From: a virus
Lineage: Duplodnaviria > Caudoviricetes
Length of the DNA stretch: 28,765 nucleotides
Strand: one strand, 5' to 3'
IMG/VR virus record: IMGVR_UViG_3300048886_000466
Span: 1 to 28,765 of that record
Shown: in pieces, positions 4,949-14,274 of the stretch
How the letters are laid out: every line of letters begins with the position of its first letter
Position numbering within the stretch: the first letter of the stretch is position 1
Made by a program: the position numbers and the translations under genes
Notes under the pieces: model-generated
Told to the model about the DNA's origin: nothing
Database searches by the model: none
What the model saw: only the letters and a program-made list of their open reading frames with translations

Positions 4949-7888
4949 TTAAGCATCCGTTGAAGCCTCCGTTGTGTAGTGAAGTTTGATCCCTATAAGC
5001 CGGGCATCTGCATTGTAGTCATCGGAGCCAGTCTGTCGAGACAATTCAAAGAATACTAATTCATTATCGGCTGCTGCTGTAATGGTTACGTTTCCACTTG
5101 TCGCACTAATGTTCAAATCTTCTACCGTGCCACTATGCGCTTTAGCTGTGGCATTGGTTGGGGTAGGGAAAGCTGTATCAATTAAATCCCCATCTCCCAT
5201 AGAAATACCCGCTAACCCCCAACATACAGTACCAGTGTTAGTGCTTGATGCTGTCCAATATGCCGTAAAGGTGACAGTTCCTGCATCCCATGACTTAGGA
5301 AATACTACTTGGAATTGTGCTTTTTCTACGCTAGACGTATCAAAATCTAAAACTCGTAGATCGGGACGATCAGCCGTTGTTTCAACAGACTCAATATCAG
5401 CACAACCACCTGACTCAGTTGGAGTCATGGCAGCAGCAGGAATCCACATATCTTCTAAGCCAACCTTTTTGACTACGCTTCCTTCAACTGAAAGTTCACC
5501 ACTGCTACCACTCAACGTAGTGGCTGTTGCGTGTCCTAGTTCAATCGTTGAGCCTGTTGTTAGCACACCAGATACATTCAAGGTTCCGTTCAGGTCTACC
5601 GCTGTGGCGGTAAGGTCAATCTCATCTGTTGCTGCGATTGATAAGACTGTTCCTGAAGTACCTTGAATAAACTGGGTGGCATCATTGAACATAAGTTTGT
5701 TTGTACTGTTCAACGTGATACCAACATCATCAGTGTGAGTCAGGGTAGCGTCACCATCTGCACCAAAAGCAAGTACAGCAGAGTCTGATGTAAGTTTCAG
5801 ATCATCGGCAACGGTTACAGCACCTGTGCCGTTAGGGGCTATTGCTATGTCCCCATTCGACCCGTCAGTTATTGTGATCGTTCCGGTGGTAGTGTTCCCG
5901 GTTGCAAGAGTTAAATCAAAGTTTCCGCTGGACTTGAGAGTACCCGCAGCAGCCCCGGTTCCCACTACAACCGTACCGTTTATGGCGACTTCACCATTCG
6001 TGGAGTTAGTTATAGTCTCGTCATTCTCTAAGATAATTCCTGTAGAGCCAGTGATATCTATACTTGTAGAAAATACCCCGGCAGTCCCTGTAATAGCAGC
6101 AGCTACAAAGGGAGCAGCGGTAAAGTTAGCTAAGTTCCCTGTTGAAGTTGCCGTTGAAGTAGTCGTTCCGACTGTAAAACCAGTAGCACTTTCGTCCCAC
6201 ATAAAGATTGCATTATTACCTGTGGAACCACGCTCAATAAGAAGCCCTGAGTCATTCGAGTTACTACCATCAGCCACCCCATTATTTAACTCAATCAGAG
6301 AATCTTTAACCGTTGTGTTTGTTGTATCAACAGTTGTTGTAGTTCCATTGACGGTTAGGTTTCCAGCAACAGTTACAGCACCAGCAAAAGCAGCCGAAAG
6401 ATCATCACTAAGAGTCAGGGCAGTCGCTAGGGAGTTTAGTGAACTACCCGACCCTGCTGCATTAGCAGTTTGGAATACGATGTCCCCGCCTGCTCCAGAG
6501 CCTTTACCCTGACCGCCTTGGAACGTTAATGCCCCACCAGCTATATTGTTAGTCGTTCCAGCCGTTGTAGCACCTGCCGACATAGTTAATGCTGTACCAG
6601 CAGCATCATGGGCAGAAGCGGTTGGAATTAGTTTATTGCTGCTGAATAAAAGAGTGCTTTCTGCTTGGATATTTCCAGTTCCATTACCCGTGAGTACAGC
6701 ATTTGTTAGGAGAGTTGAAACACCAGTTCCGCCATGTTCGACACCTACATCTGTACCTTCCCAAACACCAGTTGCAATAGTTCCCAACACGGTAATCGAA
6801 CCCCATGCAATATCAGTACCGTCAGATTTCAAAACGGTATTCGCGCTACCCGCAGCTAAAGCAGTAGTGGCAGCAGAGGCGTTACCATAAATTACGCTCC
6901 CTCTTGCTAGTCCATCCAGAACATTTAGTTCTGCTGCGGTAGAGGAAACTGGCGTACTTGCCAGAACAAGCTGTCCGTCTGGAACAACTATTCTGGCTGC
7001 ACCGTTCAGGATCAGATCGTCTTCAGAGGCATCCCATGTCATATTTGCAGAAGCTGCATCCCCATAGAAAATTACGTCATGGCCTGCGTCATCCACTCCA
7101 ACAGTCAGTGTCCCTCTTTGGACAACACCGTCAGCAGACGTATCCCATAGCCAGTACCTACTGGCTGTATCCCCGAATAACTTTACATCGTAGCCAGTAT
7201 CATCTACTCCGACACTCAACGTACCTTTTACAACCGTAGTCGTTATATCTGTACCGTCACCAATACCGATGTTCAGCGTTCTTGTTCCTGCTGTAGCGAT
7301 ATTGATTGTCTGGTCTACGTTGTCGTTACCAATACTCAGCGCACCACCGCTGGAATTAAGTTCTATTACTCCACTTGCATCAAGGGCAATGGAAGCCGTG
7401 TTTGCTGTTGTTATTGCACGAGCATCACTGATGCTGATAATAGGATTGCCGCCCTCTTGTAGGGCTACTCCACCTGTGCCGTTGAGGGTTAAAGCCCCTG
7501 CACTGGTTGACCATGTAGCAGCAGCGGCAGATGTGATAGTAAGTGCGCCAGCAGATGTTGCAAGGGTTCCTGCATCTGTAAGGGTAATGTCACCCTCAAG
7601 GAACAAGTCCTGCCACGCTGCTGAAGCAGAGCCTAAGTCATATGAATCGTCACTGGCAGGTATAAGGTGACCTGTCGGAGTCCACGTAGTGTCCCAAGCA
7701 GGAATTCCACCAGTTACGGTAAGAACTGCTCCCGTTGAACCAATGCCTAGTCGAGAAAGCTGCGTACTGTTCGTAGCGTAAAGAATGTCTCCCGTAGCTT
7801 GGGAGTCAAATACGTGACCAGCCGTACTCTCATACTCAGTTTGAGATAATTCAGAACCTACCACTTTATGTTTGAATTCGTTAGCCAT
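4949..7888 (-). CDS. Tail fibre / receptor-binding protein
   Basis: 979 aa, G/A/S/T-rich and modular. 'GDILYA....LSRLGIG' and 'V.HGGTG' fibre motifs; 'GNLTVNGTTTTVDT....VKD.LIEL' segment; internal 37-aa repeat; globular C-terminal domain. Confidence 0.85.
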   Translation of the reverse strand: MANEFKHKVVGSELSQTEYESTAGHVFDSQATGDILYATNSTQLSRLGIGSTGAVLTVTGGIPAWDTTWTPTGHLIPASDDSYDLGSASAAWQDLFLEGDITLTDAGTLATSAGALTITSAAAATWSTSAGALTLNGTGGVALQEGGNPIISISDARAITTANTASIALDASGVIELNSSGGALSIGNDNVDQTINIATAGTRTLNIGIGDGTDITTTVVKGTLSVGVDDTGYDVKLFGDTASRYWLWDTSADGVVQRGTLTVGVDDAGHDVIFYGDAASANMTWDASEDDLILNGAARIVVPDGQLVLASTPVSSTAAELNVLDGLARGSVIYGNASAATTALAAGSANTVLKSDGTDIAWGSITVLGTIATGVWEGTDVGVEHGGTGVSTLLTNAVLTGNGTGNIQAESTLLFSSNKLIPTASAHDAAGTALTMSAGATTAGTTNNIAGGALTFQGGQGKGSGAGGDIVFQTANAAGSGSSLNSLATALTLSDDLSAAFAGAVTVAGNLTVNGTTTTVDTTNTTVKDSLIELNNGVADGSNSNDSGLLIERGSTGNNAIFMWDESATGFTVGTTTSTATSTGNLANFTAAPFVAAAITGTAGVFSTSIDITGSTGIILENDETITNSTNGEVAINGTVVVGTGAAAGTLKSSGNFDLTLATGNTTTGTITITDGSNGDIAIAPNGTGAVTVADDLKLTSDSAVLAFGADGDATLTHTDDVGITLNSTNKLMFNDATQFIQGTSGTVLSIAATDEIDLTATAVDLNGTLNVSGVLTTGSTIELGHATATTLSGSSGELSVEGSVVKKVGLEDMWIPAAAMTPTESGGCADIESVETTADRPDLRVLDFDTSSVEKAQFQVVFPKSWDAGTVTFTAYWTASSTNTGTVCWGLAGISMGDGDLIDTAFPTPTNATAKAHSGTVEDLNISATSGNVTITAAADNELVFFELSRQTGSDDYNADARLIGIKLHYTTEASTDA
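7020..7225 (-). repeat. Two tandem 37-aa (111-nt period) repeats in the tail fibre
   Basis: GTLSVGVDDTGYDVKLFGDTASRYWLWDTSAD versus GTLTVGVDDAGHDVIFYGDAASANMTWDASED. Confidence 0.85.
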
Positions 7889-7897
7889 ACCGCTTCC

Positions 7898-10369
7898 TTA
7901 GCTGGTTAAAACCTCTGTGAACTCTAAGTCAAATACCCTGACTTGGTCAATCGGAGTACCCCTCAAAGGGTCTACTCTTCCCGATATAGTCCGGTCTAAA
8001 TATTTTAGCGTAGCGTTCAAACTTTCCCCATCAGGCGTGACAAGCTGAACGAACGGTTGCTGCCTCAAAGTCGTCAGCTTACTGATATCCGCAGACCTGA
8101 GGGTAGTCTGTGGAACACGTCTCAATTGTAATGTCCGCTTGTCTCCCAGACGAACCGATGCCTTGAACCTTCGTACATCTGTCTGGTTCCAGACCGTATT
8201 CAACACTATCGAAGTGACTGTTGGCGGTTCGTCACTGGTGGAATCCGAAGCAAAACTAAGCCTGAACCTGATTCTCTTGAAGGTCACAGGCGTAGATGTG
8301 ACAGAGGCTTTTACTTCCTGTGGAGAGGTATCAAAGACACCGTCATCACCCCAGACTGTCCATCCACCTGCATCATTATCTGTCGCGTCATCCTTCTTGT
8401 AATAGACGGTGACATACTTCTCTCCAGAAGCAAAGTTTCGAGACCCTAGAGTCAGCTTACTTGCAGCCTTTTCAACATCGGGATAGTTGAAGTCAATCCA
8501 CGGGGTGTAAAACTCTCCTGTCTTCCTGACAGCAATAGTCGCAGAGCGTCGCGGATTCTCATTGTCCCTTGGAATCTTCAGTCTAAAAATTCTAGGCGCA
8601 TCTTCATCTGATGCGTCAATGGTGTTATCTGTAAATGATCCCATTGCAAACAGGGACGAATTAGTTCCGTCATCGTATCTACCTATCTGGTCAATCTGAG
8701 ACAGGGTAAACGAACTGATCGTATGCACAATAACGTCCCTGTCAAAGTCAGCAGCATCCTCAGGCTTCTGGCTCTTGATAGTGAGCAACCTGACCGAAGT
8801 AGAAATACCAGCCGTACTGAAGTTGAAAGGGAAGGTATACGGAAACGAACTCAATGTATTTGCAGCGTTGTCAGCAAGTGCAATGAATACGTTAGACCTG
8901 TCCTGCGCTATTGCAGAGACCTCACCACCAAATCCCTTGAATGCCGACGCTGTAAAGATATGCGTCAACTCGCTCCAGTCATGTATCGGTGGCTGACCTG
9001 TTGGAGATATACGCCAGAAAGTCTGCTGACCACCTGATGCCCATATAGCACCACCACGTCCTATCGCCCGACGGAAGTTATTGGCTGAAGGGAAGAAGTT
9101 GGAGTCAGGCTCTATATCCCTGAACCTGTTGATGCGCCTGTCGTAAACATATAAGCCATCTTCCCTGCCGACGTAGGCTGTTCCAGCACCGGAGATCAGG
9201 CTGGTAGTAGTTCTGTCAATATCTCCTACCTGTATCTCAGCACCCCAGTTAGCAGTGTCAGATGGGTCTACGGTAAGTGATGCCTGATTAAGACGGGTCT
9301 TCATTAAAGCCCAGTCACCACGAGCATTCAGGACACGCGCTAACTTATTTGCAATGCGTGAGTTCCCTGAGTTGGTCGAAGGGTTAGAGAAGGTAGCCCC
9401 GTCAGCACTGAGAAGATAGTTGTTGTTATCTCCCCTGCCTACAATTAGATTGCCTTCATAATTCTCAAGTCCAGTAATTTCATCACTGCCATCAAGATAT
9501 ACAGGGAGCCATGCGTCATTGCTCTCGTCCCACTTGATTACAGAACGCCCCATCGAAGCGTAATAATTGCCCTCAAACTCTATTGGTCTTGATTTAAAGG
9601 CACTGCCGCCTGCAAGAATTACAGCAATATCGTCAACCCTGAACACGTCATCATCTACAGAGAGCGTGAAAGTAAACTGTACTGCCGACGTACTGGCGTG
9701 AAGTGTCCTGACAGCTTTCAAGAGAGTCCAGTCTGAAGATGTAGACGTGGAACTGTCATCGCTTCCTACCCCGTCTGCAATCGTAGCCTTGATATTGCCT
9801 GAGCCAGATACACGTTTAGCATAAGCAATAAGAGTTATTTGCCTGCTGGCGAGAACCGAATCTGTTCCAAGGTAATTCTGGGTACAGGTTCCACCTGCAG
9901 AAGTGGCGGCTATATTGAGAGAGTAAGAACCTGATCGAGCATCAGAGTTCACAGTAACAGTGGTATTGGAACCGTTAGTCCACCCAGTTGTCGCGCCTGT
10001 CTCTAATCTTCCGTTCTGAACGATAGCGTCTACTTCGTTTTCCTCATACCCCAGAACTAACTCATCATCGAACATGGCAAGCACACCGTCCGTGTAGCCA
10101 TACTTCGGAAAGTTAACAAGGTCTGTAAAGCGTGACGCACCAAACCCAAGATGCCAATCGTTTTGAGAAACAACACGACCGAACTCAGGAGACTGGGCCG
10201 CATAGTTTACGTCTCCCTGTGGCTGCGGAGGCGGCGTTGGAGAGATGATTTCCTCCTCCCATCCACCGGGACGGTTTGGAGCGTCTCTCCAGAGCGACAG
10301 TCGCACCTTATTAGTGCTGCCATCAGCATTAGCTACGGTTATATCTGCGTTTTTACCTGCGGTAGCCAT
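7898..10369 (-). CDS. Putative tail nozzle / tubular-protein-B-like beta-propeller protein with an inserted CBM4/9-like domain
   Basis: 823 aa; lies between the adaptor-like gene and the fibre. 'QNDWHLGFG' N-terminal motif; propeller-like strands; 'GEFYTPWIDF.YPDVEK' and 'KRIRFRL......PPTV.SIVL' C-terminal domain; NGRLE..W...ARSGSYSL..W....VDDI insert. Confidence 0.6.
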   Translation of the reverse strand: MATAGKNADITVANADGSTNKVRLSLWRDAPNRPGGWEEEIISPTPPPQPQGDVNYAAQSPEFGRVVSQNDWHLGFGASRFTDLVNFPKYGYTDGVLAMFDDELVLGYEENEVDAIVQNGRLETGATTGWTNGSNTTVTVNSDARSGSYSLNIAATSAGGTCTQNYLGTDSVLASRQITLIAYAKRVSGSGNIKATIADGVGSDDSSTSTSSDWTLLKAVRTLHASTSAVQFTFTLSVDDDVFRVDDIAVILAGGSAFKSRPIEFEGNYYASMGRSVIKWDESNDAWLPVYLDGSDEITGLENYEGNLIVGRGDNNNYLLSADGATFSNPSTNSGNSRIANKLARVLNARGDWALMKTRLNQASLTVDPSDTANWGAEIQVGDIDRTTTSLISGAGTAYVGREDGLYVYDRRINRFRDIEPDSNFFPSANNFRRAIGRGGAIWASGGQQTFWRISPTGQPPIHDWSELTHIFTASAFKGFGGEVSAIAQDRSNVFIALADNAANTLSSFPYTFPFNFSTAGISTSVRLLTIKSQKPEDAADFDRDVIVHTISSFTLSQIDQIGRYDDGTNSSLFAMGSFTDNTIDASDEDAPRIFRLKIPRDNENPRRSATIAVRKTGEFYTPWIDFNYPDVEKAASKLTLGSRNFASGEKYVTVYYKKDDATDNDAGGWTVWGDDGVFDTSPQEVKASVTSTPVTFKRIRFRLSFASDSTSDEPPTVTSIVLNTVWNQTDVRRFKASVRLGDKRTLQLRRVPQTTLRSADISKLTTLRQQPFVQLVTPDGESLNATLKYLDRTISGRVDPLRGTPIDQVRVFDLEFTEVLTS

Positions 10370-11664
10370 TAATACGCTGGAACCTTATACATAGACATGG
10401 CTGACATTGCGCCAGCACCTTCGTCAACACGATTCTTGTAATGCCTCCACCTGCGCTGTGCAGCGTTGAGACCTTCTTCAGTGAACTGGTCGATATCACC
10501 CTGCAAGAAACTGGTTGCAGCATAGGCATACAACCTCTGTAATTGCTGACCGTCAATCTCCATGGTGTCACTGCCTGAAGAGAGACTCGACAGCAATCCC
10601 ATCCCAACGATCACAAGCTGCTTGGATTCTGGAATGGTGTAAGGAATGATGATGTCGTCACCTTCCTCGCGCCAGTTAGAGATAGGCTGGGCATGTAATC
10701 TTGGAGATTCAGATGGGCCTGATACTGCTATAAGTTCATCTGCATATATAACTAGGGCAGTGCCTGATGTCGCGTGTACTCCAACCCGGACAGAAGACGA
10801 TACGTCCCCCAAGTTAGTAGATACGGTCAGACGTTCCCAACCACTTCCGCTGTGGGTAGAACCCGTAGTCGCACTCCCGCTGTCTACGCTTATTGCAGCA
10901 GATACACGGGAAGCAGTCTTACAGTAAACCCAGACCGATACGTTCAGTTCCTCACCGTCATATGCAGTAGGGCTGGCAAATGTCATGTAGGCAGTTCCCA
11001 GACTGGATGCGCCAACAACCATCTTGCCTGACTGATCTCCTGCAAAGACCATGTAGTTGTCAGGGGAAGTAGTCTCTTCCTCTGCTGTAAGCGTGATATT
11101 GCTGGTAGTCCAGTCAGTCGTTACCGTGCTGTTCTCGAAGTCACAGTTCAGGCTTCCGACTATATTGTCTCCATACCCTGAGGCATCTATTCGTTCCTCA
11201 ACATATATCTTTCTGACAAAGCCCTGCTGGATACTTGTTGGGCGAGCGTAGTTACGCTGCTCCGGGTGTCCGGTGTGAGTCCTGTCGTGAACCTTTTTAT
11301 AAAGGGAAGGGAATGCTTCCTGACGAGCATCATTCAGATGATCGGTAAGGATTGCAGGGTCGTACCTGTACAACTCAAAGTTCTTGGAGCCAGACTCTGC
11401 GGCAAGGCTTACTCCCCTGAGGTCTAATGCACCTGAAGAACCAGTGTGGTCTAAGACGCTGCGAGTAGTGCCATCATTCTCTGTGCCAAGAATTCGGGCA
11501 AAGGTATCGTTCAGGGTGTCATCGTCTTCAAAGTATGCGGTGAGACCCGTGGATATCAGAGCCGTACTCGTTGTGATATTCGTGGTGGTAGCAAAACTAC
11601 CTATGTACGCTCCCATGTAACGAGCAAACTGAGGAAGCATTGTATTCAGCGTAGTTGTGGTCAT
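10369..11664 (-). CDS. Putative head-tail adaptor (tubular-protein-A-like) with an inserted CBM4/9-like domain
   Basis: 431 aa; 'L.DHLNDA....FPSLYK' helix and a C-terminal helical 'LYAYAA..L' segment typical of adaptors; NCDFE..W...FAGDQS...VSVWV...GWERLTV...YADEL insert. Confidence 0.55.
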   Translation of the reverse strand: MTTTTLNTMLPQFARYMGAYIGSFATTTNITTSTALISTGLTAYFEDDDTLNDTFARILGTENDGTTRSVLDHTGSSGALDLRGVSLAAESGSKNFELYRYDPAILTDHLNDARQEAFPSLYKKVHDRTHTGHPEQRNYARPTSIQQGFVRKIYVEERIDASGYGDNIVGSLNCDFENSTVTTDWTTSNITLTAEEETTSPDNYMVFAGDQSGKMVVGASSLGTAYMTFASPTAYDGEELNVSVWVYCKTASRVSAAISVDSGSATTGSTHSGSGWERLTVSTNLGDVSSSVRVGVHATSGTALVIYADELIAVSGPSESPRLHAQPISNWREEGDDIIIPYTIPESKQLVIVGMGLLSSLSSGSDTMEIDGQQLQRLYAYAATSFLQGDIDQFTEEGLNAAQRRWRHYKNRVDEGAGAMSAMSMYKVPAY

Positions 11665-12143
11665 TACTCATCTTTCTGACGCTGTCTATCTTGATAACGC
11701 TCAAACAGATGACCGACTTCAGTGTCAGTCATTATTTTATTGTGTGTCGAAAGTAACCCTGTATCATCGTCTTCCTTCAGGTAACTCAAATCCCACAATC
11801 CGGTAGCCGGGTTATAAGACATGTTGGCAGCAGGGATATTCGACATGATCTTTTGGTTACGAACCTTCGCCCTGCGAACATCCTGATCTTGGTCAGCCTG
11901 CTCACGGGCAGCTTCATAAGCCCTGTCACCAGCCTTCGTGTCAGTGGACACTCTGGCAACCGTATCTGCTGTCATAAGGGCAAGAGATTCCTGATCTCCA
12001 TACCCCAACATGCCATCAGGCACGACTACAGTTCCATCAATACGCCTACCGTCCTTGGTAACAATACTGCTGGGGGCTTCAACCTCTGCCCAGCTAAGTT
12101 CAGGGGTAGTCTTATTGATGATCTTGTCGTTTGCCTTAGCCAA
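11664..12143 (-). CDS. Hypothetical protein in the morphogenesis region
   Basis: 159 aa; TTG start overlapping the upstream stop; TAATG coupled downstream. Confidence 0.7.
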   Translation of the reverse strand: MAKANDKIINKTTPELSWAEVEAPSSIVTKDGRRIDGTVVVPDGMLGYGDQESLALMTADTVARVSTDTKAGDRAYEAAREQADQDQDVRRAKVRNQKIMSNIPAANMSYNPATGLWDLSYLKEDDDTGLLSTHNKIMTDTEVGHLFERYQDRQRQKDE

Positions 12144-12966
12144 CGGTATTCAATCCTGTTCCTGCGTTTGCAACCAGATCAGCAGTACCTGTGTCGGTAA
12201 CAAACTCAATCGAACCAAATCCACCGAATCCTCTTCGAGCCATCTGCTTCCAAGGTTGTCCGCCTACTACTACCGCACCGTATCTGATCGAACGGTTTAG
12301 TGGGTGAATTGAATTCAAGGTTGTAGAAGAGTCGAGGGCAGCACTTACTTTGAGGCGAACCCAGTACAGTGGGGTATTGAATACCTGACCCGTACCTGCA
12401 AATGTACCGTCCCAACTTTTCTCTGTTTCGATAATAGTCCTGAGGGTATTTGACTCCCAGTCAGAAGGCTCTGTCCACGTTACGCTCGCGTCCTGAGCAA
12501 GGGCTGCACCGCCTGAAGCAGTACCATCCGTCTCTGCAATATCGCTCCACGCAGAGCCGTCCCAGTAATCGCCTGTCATCAACGACGCTGTTCCATTTAC
12601 ATCATCTACATCAACAGCCAACCCACGAATAGGAACAGCACACCCAACAAATAAAGCATCACCATTAGCGAGCGTACCCTGAGAGGACATCGTCACATCT
12701 GTAGAAGCGTCATCGTCTTGAGCGTTCTCTGAATAGTCAGTCCAACTAGCACCTGCATCCTGTGTCTTAAGGACACTGACCCAAGGGTTTATTGCAAACT
12801 GGACTACAGTAGCACTGGAACCTGCATTGTGTGCTTCCAGACTTACGAACTGTGTGTTAGTAGGTAAGCCTACCGTCTTTGCGGAGTTTGTTGCGGCAAG
12901 TCCGCCAGCGGTATAACCAGCACCACGAACTTCATAGTTGACTGCTGGATTCGTTTGAGTAGGCAT
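12136..12966 (-). CDS. Virion structural protein, beta-sandwich type
   Basis: 276 aa; GAGG SD; 'YWDGSAW....DGT', 'VTWTEPSDW', 'LYWVRL' motifs seen in phage structural/surface proteins. Confidence 0.7.
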   Translation of the reverse strand: MPTQTNPAVNYEVRGAGYTAGGLAATNSAKTVGLPTNTQFVSLEAHNAGSSATVVQFAINPWVSVLKTQDAGASWTDYSENAQDDDASTDVTMSSQGTLANGDALFVGCAVPIRGLAVDVDDVNGTASLMTGDYWDGSAWSDIAETDGTASGGAALAQDASVTWTEPSDWESNTLRTIIETEKSWDGTFAGTGQVFNTPLYWVRLKVSAALDSSTTLNSIHPLNRSIRYGAVVVGGQPWKQMARRGFGGFGSIEFVTDTGTADLVANAGTGLNTVG

Positions 12967-12993
12967 CTATGACCTCTTTCTCTTGATTTATGC

Positions 12994-13012
12994 CGGGGGG
13001 ACAAGCCCCCCG
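12994..13012 (-). other. Intergenic G/C hairpin (CGGGGGG-5 nt-CCCCCCG), possible mRNA pausing, processing or stabilising element
   Basis: Perfect 7-bp stem just after the stop at 13022; no U-tract follows on the coding strand. Confidence 0.5.
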
Positions 13013-13021
13013 ACCTTATTA

Positions 13022-13435
13022 CTAACTGCTAACAATATACAACGTAACTGCTGTGGAGGATGTGCGCCTCCAAACCAATACTGCTGCTTCATTAGTTAGA
13101 ACAGTATTTCCTGTGTCAGCCACAGTTACCCCTGTTCCCCCAGCGAAGGTAGCCGTCTGGTCGCCGTCGTTGATGTAATAACTGGTAATGGACTCGTTGT
13201 CCTTACCCAGAGGTACGTTAGCGATGATGTTCGCTGCGGTATCTGTCGTAACTGTTCCACCGCCAGTAGCGGATGTGTGAACGTTGATCCCAGCAAGAAT
13301 ATCTGCTGCTGCCAGCGTCATGTGCCGTGAGTCATCGTCTACGGCTGTAAGAATTTCTGTGTTTCGACCTGAGCGAGTCGTTACGGCGGCATCGCCTACA
13401 AACTCGATTGGGTCTATTGCATTCATCTTAGGCAT
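13022..13435 (-). CDS. Putative capsid decoration / minor head protein
   Basis: 137 aa; AGGAGG SD; 'TLAAADILAGI', 'TTDTAANII', 'T.AGGTGVT', 'RRTSSTAVTLY' pattern of small beta-rich head proteins; close to the MCP. Confidence 0.6.
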   Translation of the reverse strand: MPKMNAIDPIEFVGDAAVTTRSGRNTEILTAVDDDSRHMTLAAADILAGINVHTSATGGGTVTTDTAANIIANVPLGKDNESITSYYINDGDQTATFAGGTGVTVADTGNTVLTNEAAVLVWRRTSSTAVTLYIVSS

Positions 13436-13479
13436 AATTGCCTCCTGTGGCGTACCGCTTGTTTGAAACGCCTGCGCCT

Positions 13480-13517
13480 AGTAAAAGTAAGTTGGGGTGG
13501 AGCCGAAGCCCCACCCC
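13480..13517 (-). terminator. Probable intrinsic (likely leaky) terminator after the capsid gene cluster
   Basis: Minus strand GGGGTGGGGC-TTCG-GCTCCACCCC (10-bp stem with one G-U, cUUCGg tetraloop) followed by AACTTACTTTTACT. Confidence 0.6.
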
Positions 13518-13528
13518 TGAGAATCTGA

Positions 13529-13852
13529 TTACGCTTCTGTAATACCAACAACTTGCCAGCCAGCAGCGGCTGAAACGCCGTTGCAGACTAGAAGAGCAGA
13601 TTGGTTCTGGTCAATCACAACGACCGTCGTAGACGAGTCGCTCTGCTTAACCGTGATTGCTTCCGCAGCATCTGCTGCATTAGTAATCATACATTCGCCA
13701 CCCTGAGTGCCAGTACCTGATGGCATATCAACCTCACGCGCAGACCCACCGGGGTCAAGGTTCTGATGATATGCCGATGCGGCAGTCAGTGTCGCGTTAT
13801 CCGCCAGAGTCTCGGTGTTCGCATCTTTAATGCGAGGAATCCCGATGCTCAT
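13529..13852 (-). CDS. Putative capsid decoration / head fibre-like protein
   Basis: 107 aa; 'LDPGGSAR.V.MP', 'I.NAADAAEAITVK', 'IDQNQSALLVCNG...W'; TAATG coupling. Confidence 0.6.
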   Translation of the reverse strand: MSIGIPRIKDANTETLADNATLTAASAYHQNLDPGGSAREVDMPSGTGTQGGECMITNAADAAEAITVKQSDSSTTVVVIDQNQSALLVCNGVSAAAGWQVVGITEA

Positions 13853-14274
13853 TACGAGCCTCCGATGTCTAAACTAGTTTGTTTGGTATTAGCTTTTTTA
13901 GGCTGAGTCTTGCGCGACCCTGCCTGCTTACCCCTCTTACCAAGGTTCTTGCGTTCTTCAGAGGCTTCAATCGCAGACTCATAGTCTTTGAGAGCCAACG
14001 GAAGGAAACCGCGCTCTAGTGCGGTAGCGAGTTGACCGGGGCGCACGTTGTGGATAACAGGTAAGTAAGTTCCATCTTTTTGGGGATGGAGGAGATATGC
14101 GGAATCCGCAGAGACAAAGTCCAAACTCTTAAGGGCTTCCTTAATGTCGCCAAAACGACCCTCGAACTTATCCAGCACCTCTGCAAAATTTGCATTGGAG
14201 CGCGCACGTTGGCGGGTTTCAATCGCCCATGCTTCTAAAATAAGATCGGGTGGACGGTCTAATTGAGTTACCAC
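13852..14274 (-). CDS. Hypothetical protein with Lys/Arg-rich C-terminus
   Basis: 140 aa; GTG start immediately after the upstream stop; tail RKNLGKRGKQAGSRKTQPKK. Confidence 0.7.
   Translation of the reverse strand: MVTQLDRPPDLILEAWAIETRQRARSNANFAEVLDKFEGRFGDIKEALKSLDFVSADSAYLLHPQKDGTYLPVIHNVRPGQLATALERGFLPLALKDYESAIEASEERKNLGKRGKQAGSRKTQPKKANTKQTSLDIGGS

Noticed and set aside
5082-7670. Long plus-strand ORFs opposite the tail fibre (194, 228, 114, 133 aa), and similar antisense ORFs over the portal, terL, MCP and ejection genes
   Set aside because: These are shadow frames of G/A/T/S-rich coding sequence. They have no recognisable motifs and fully overlap well-supported minus-strand genes.
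4106-7888. Diversity-generating retroelement target in the fibre genes
   Set aside because: There is no reverse transcriptase and no TR/VR-like near-identical nucleotide repeat differing at adenines that I could see in this window.
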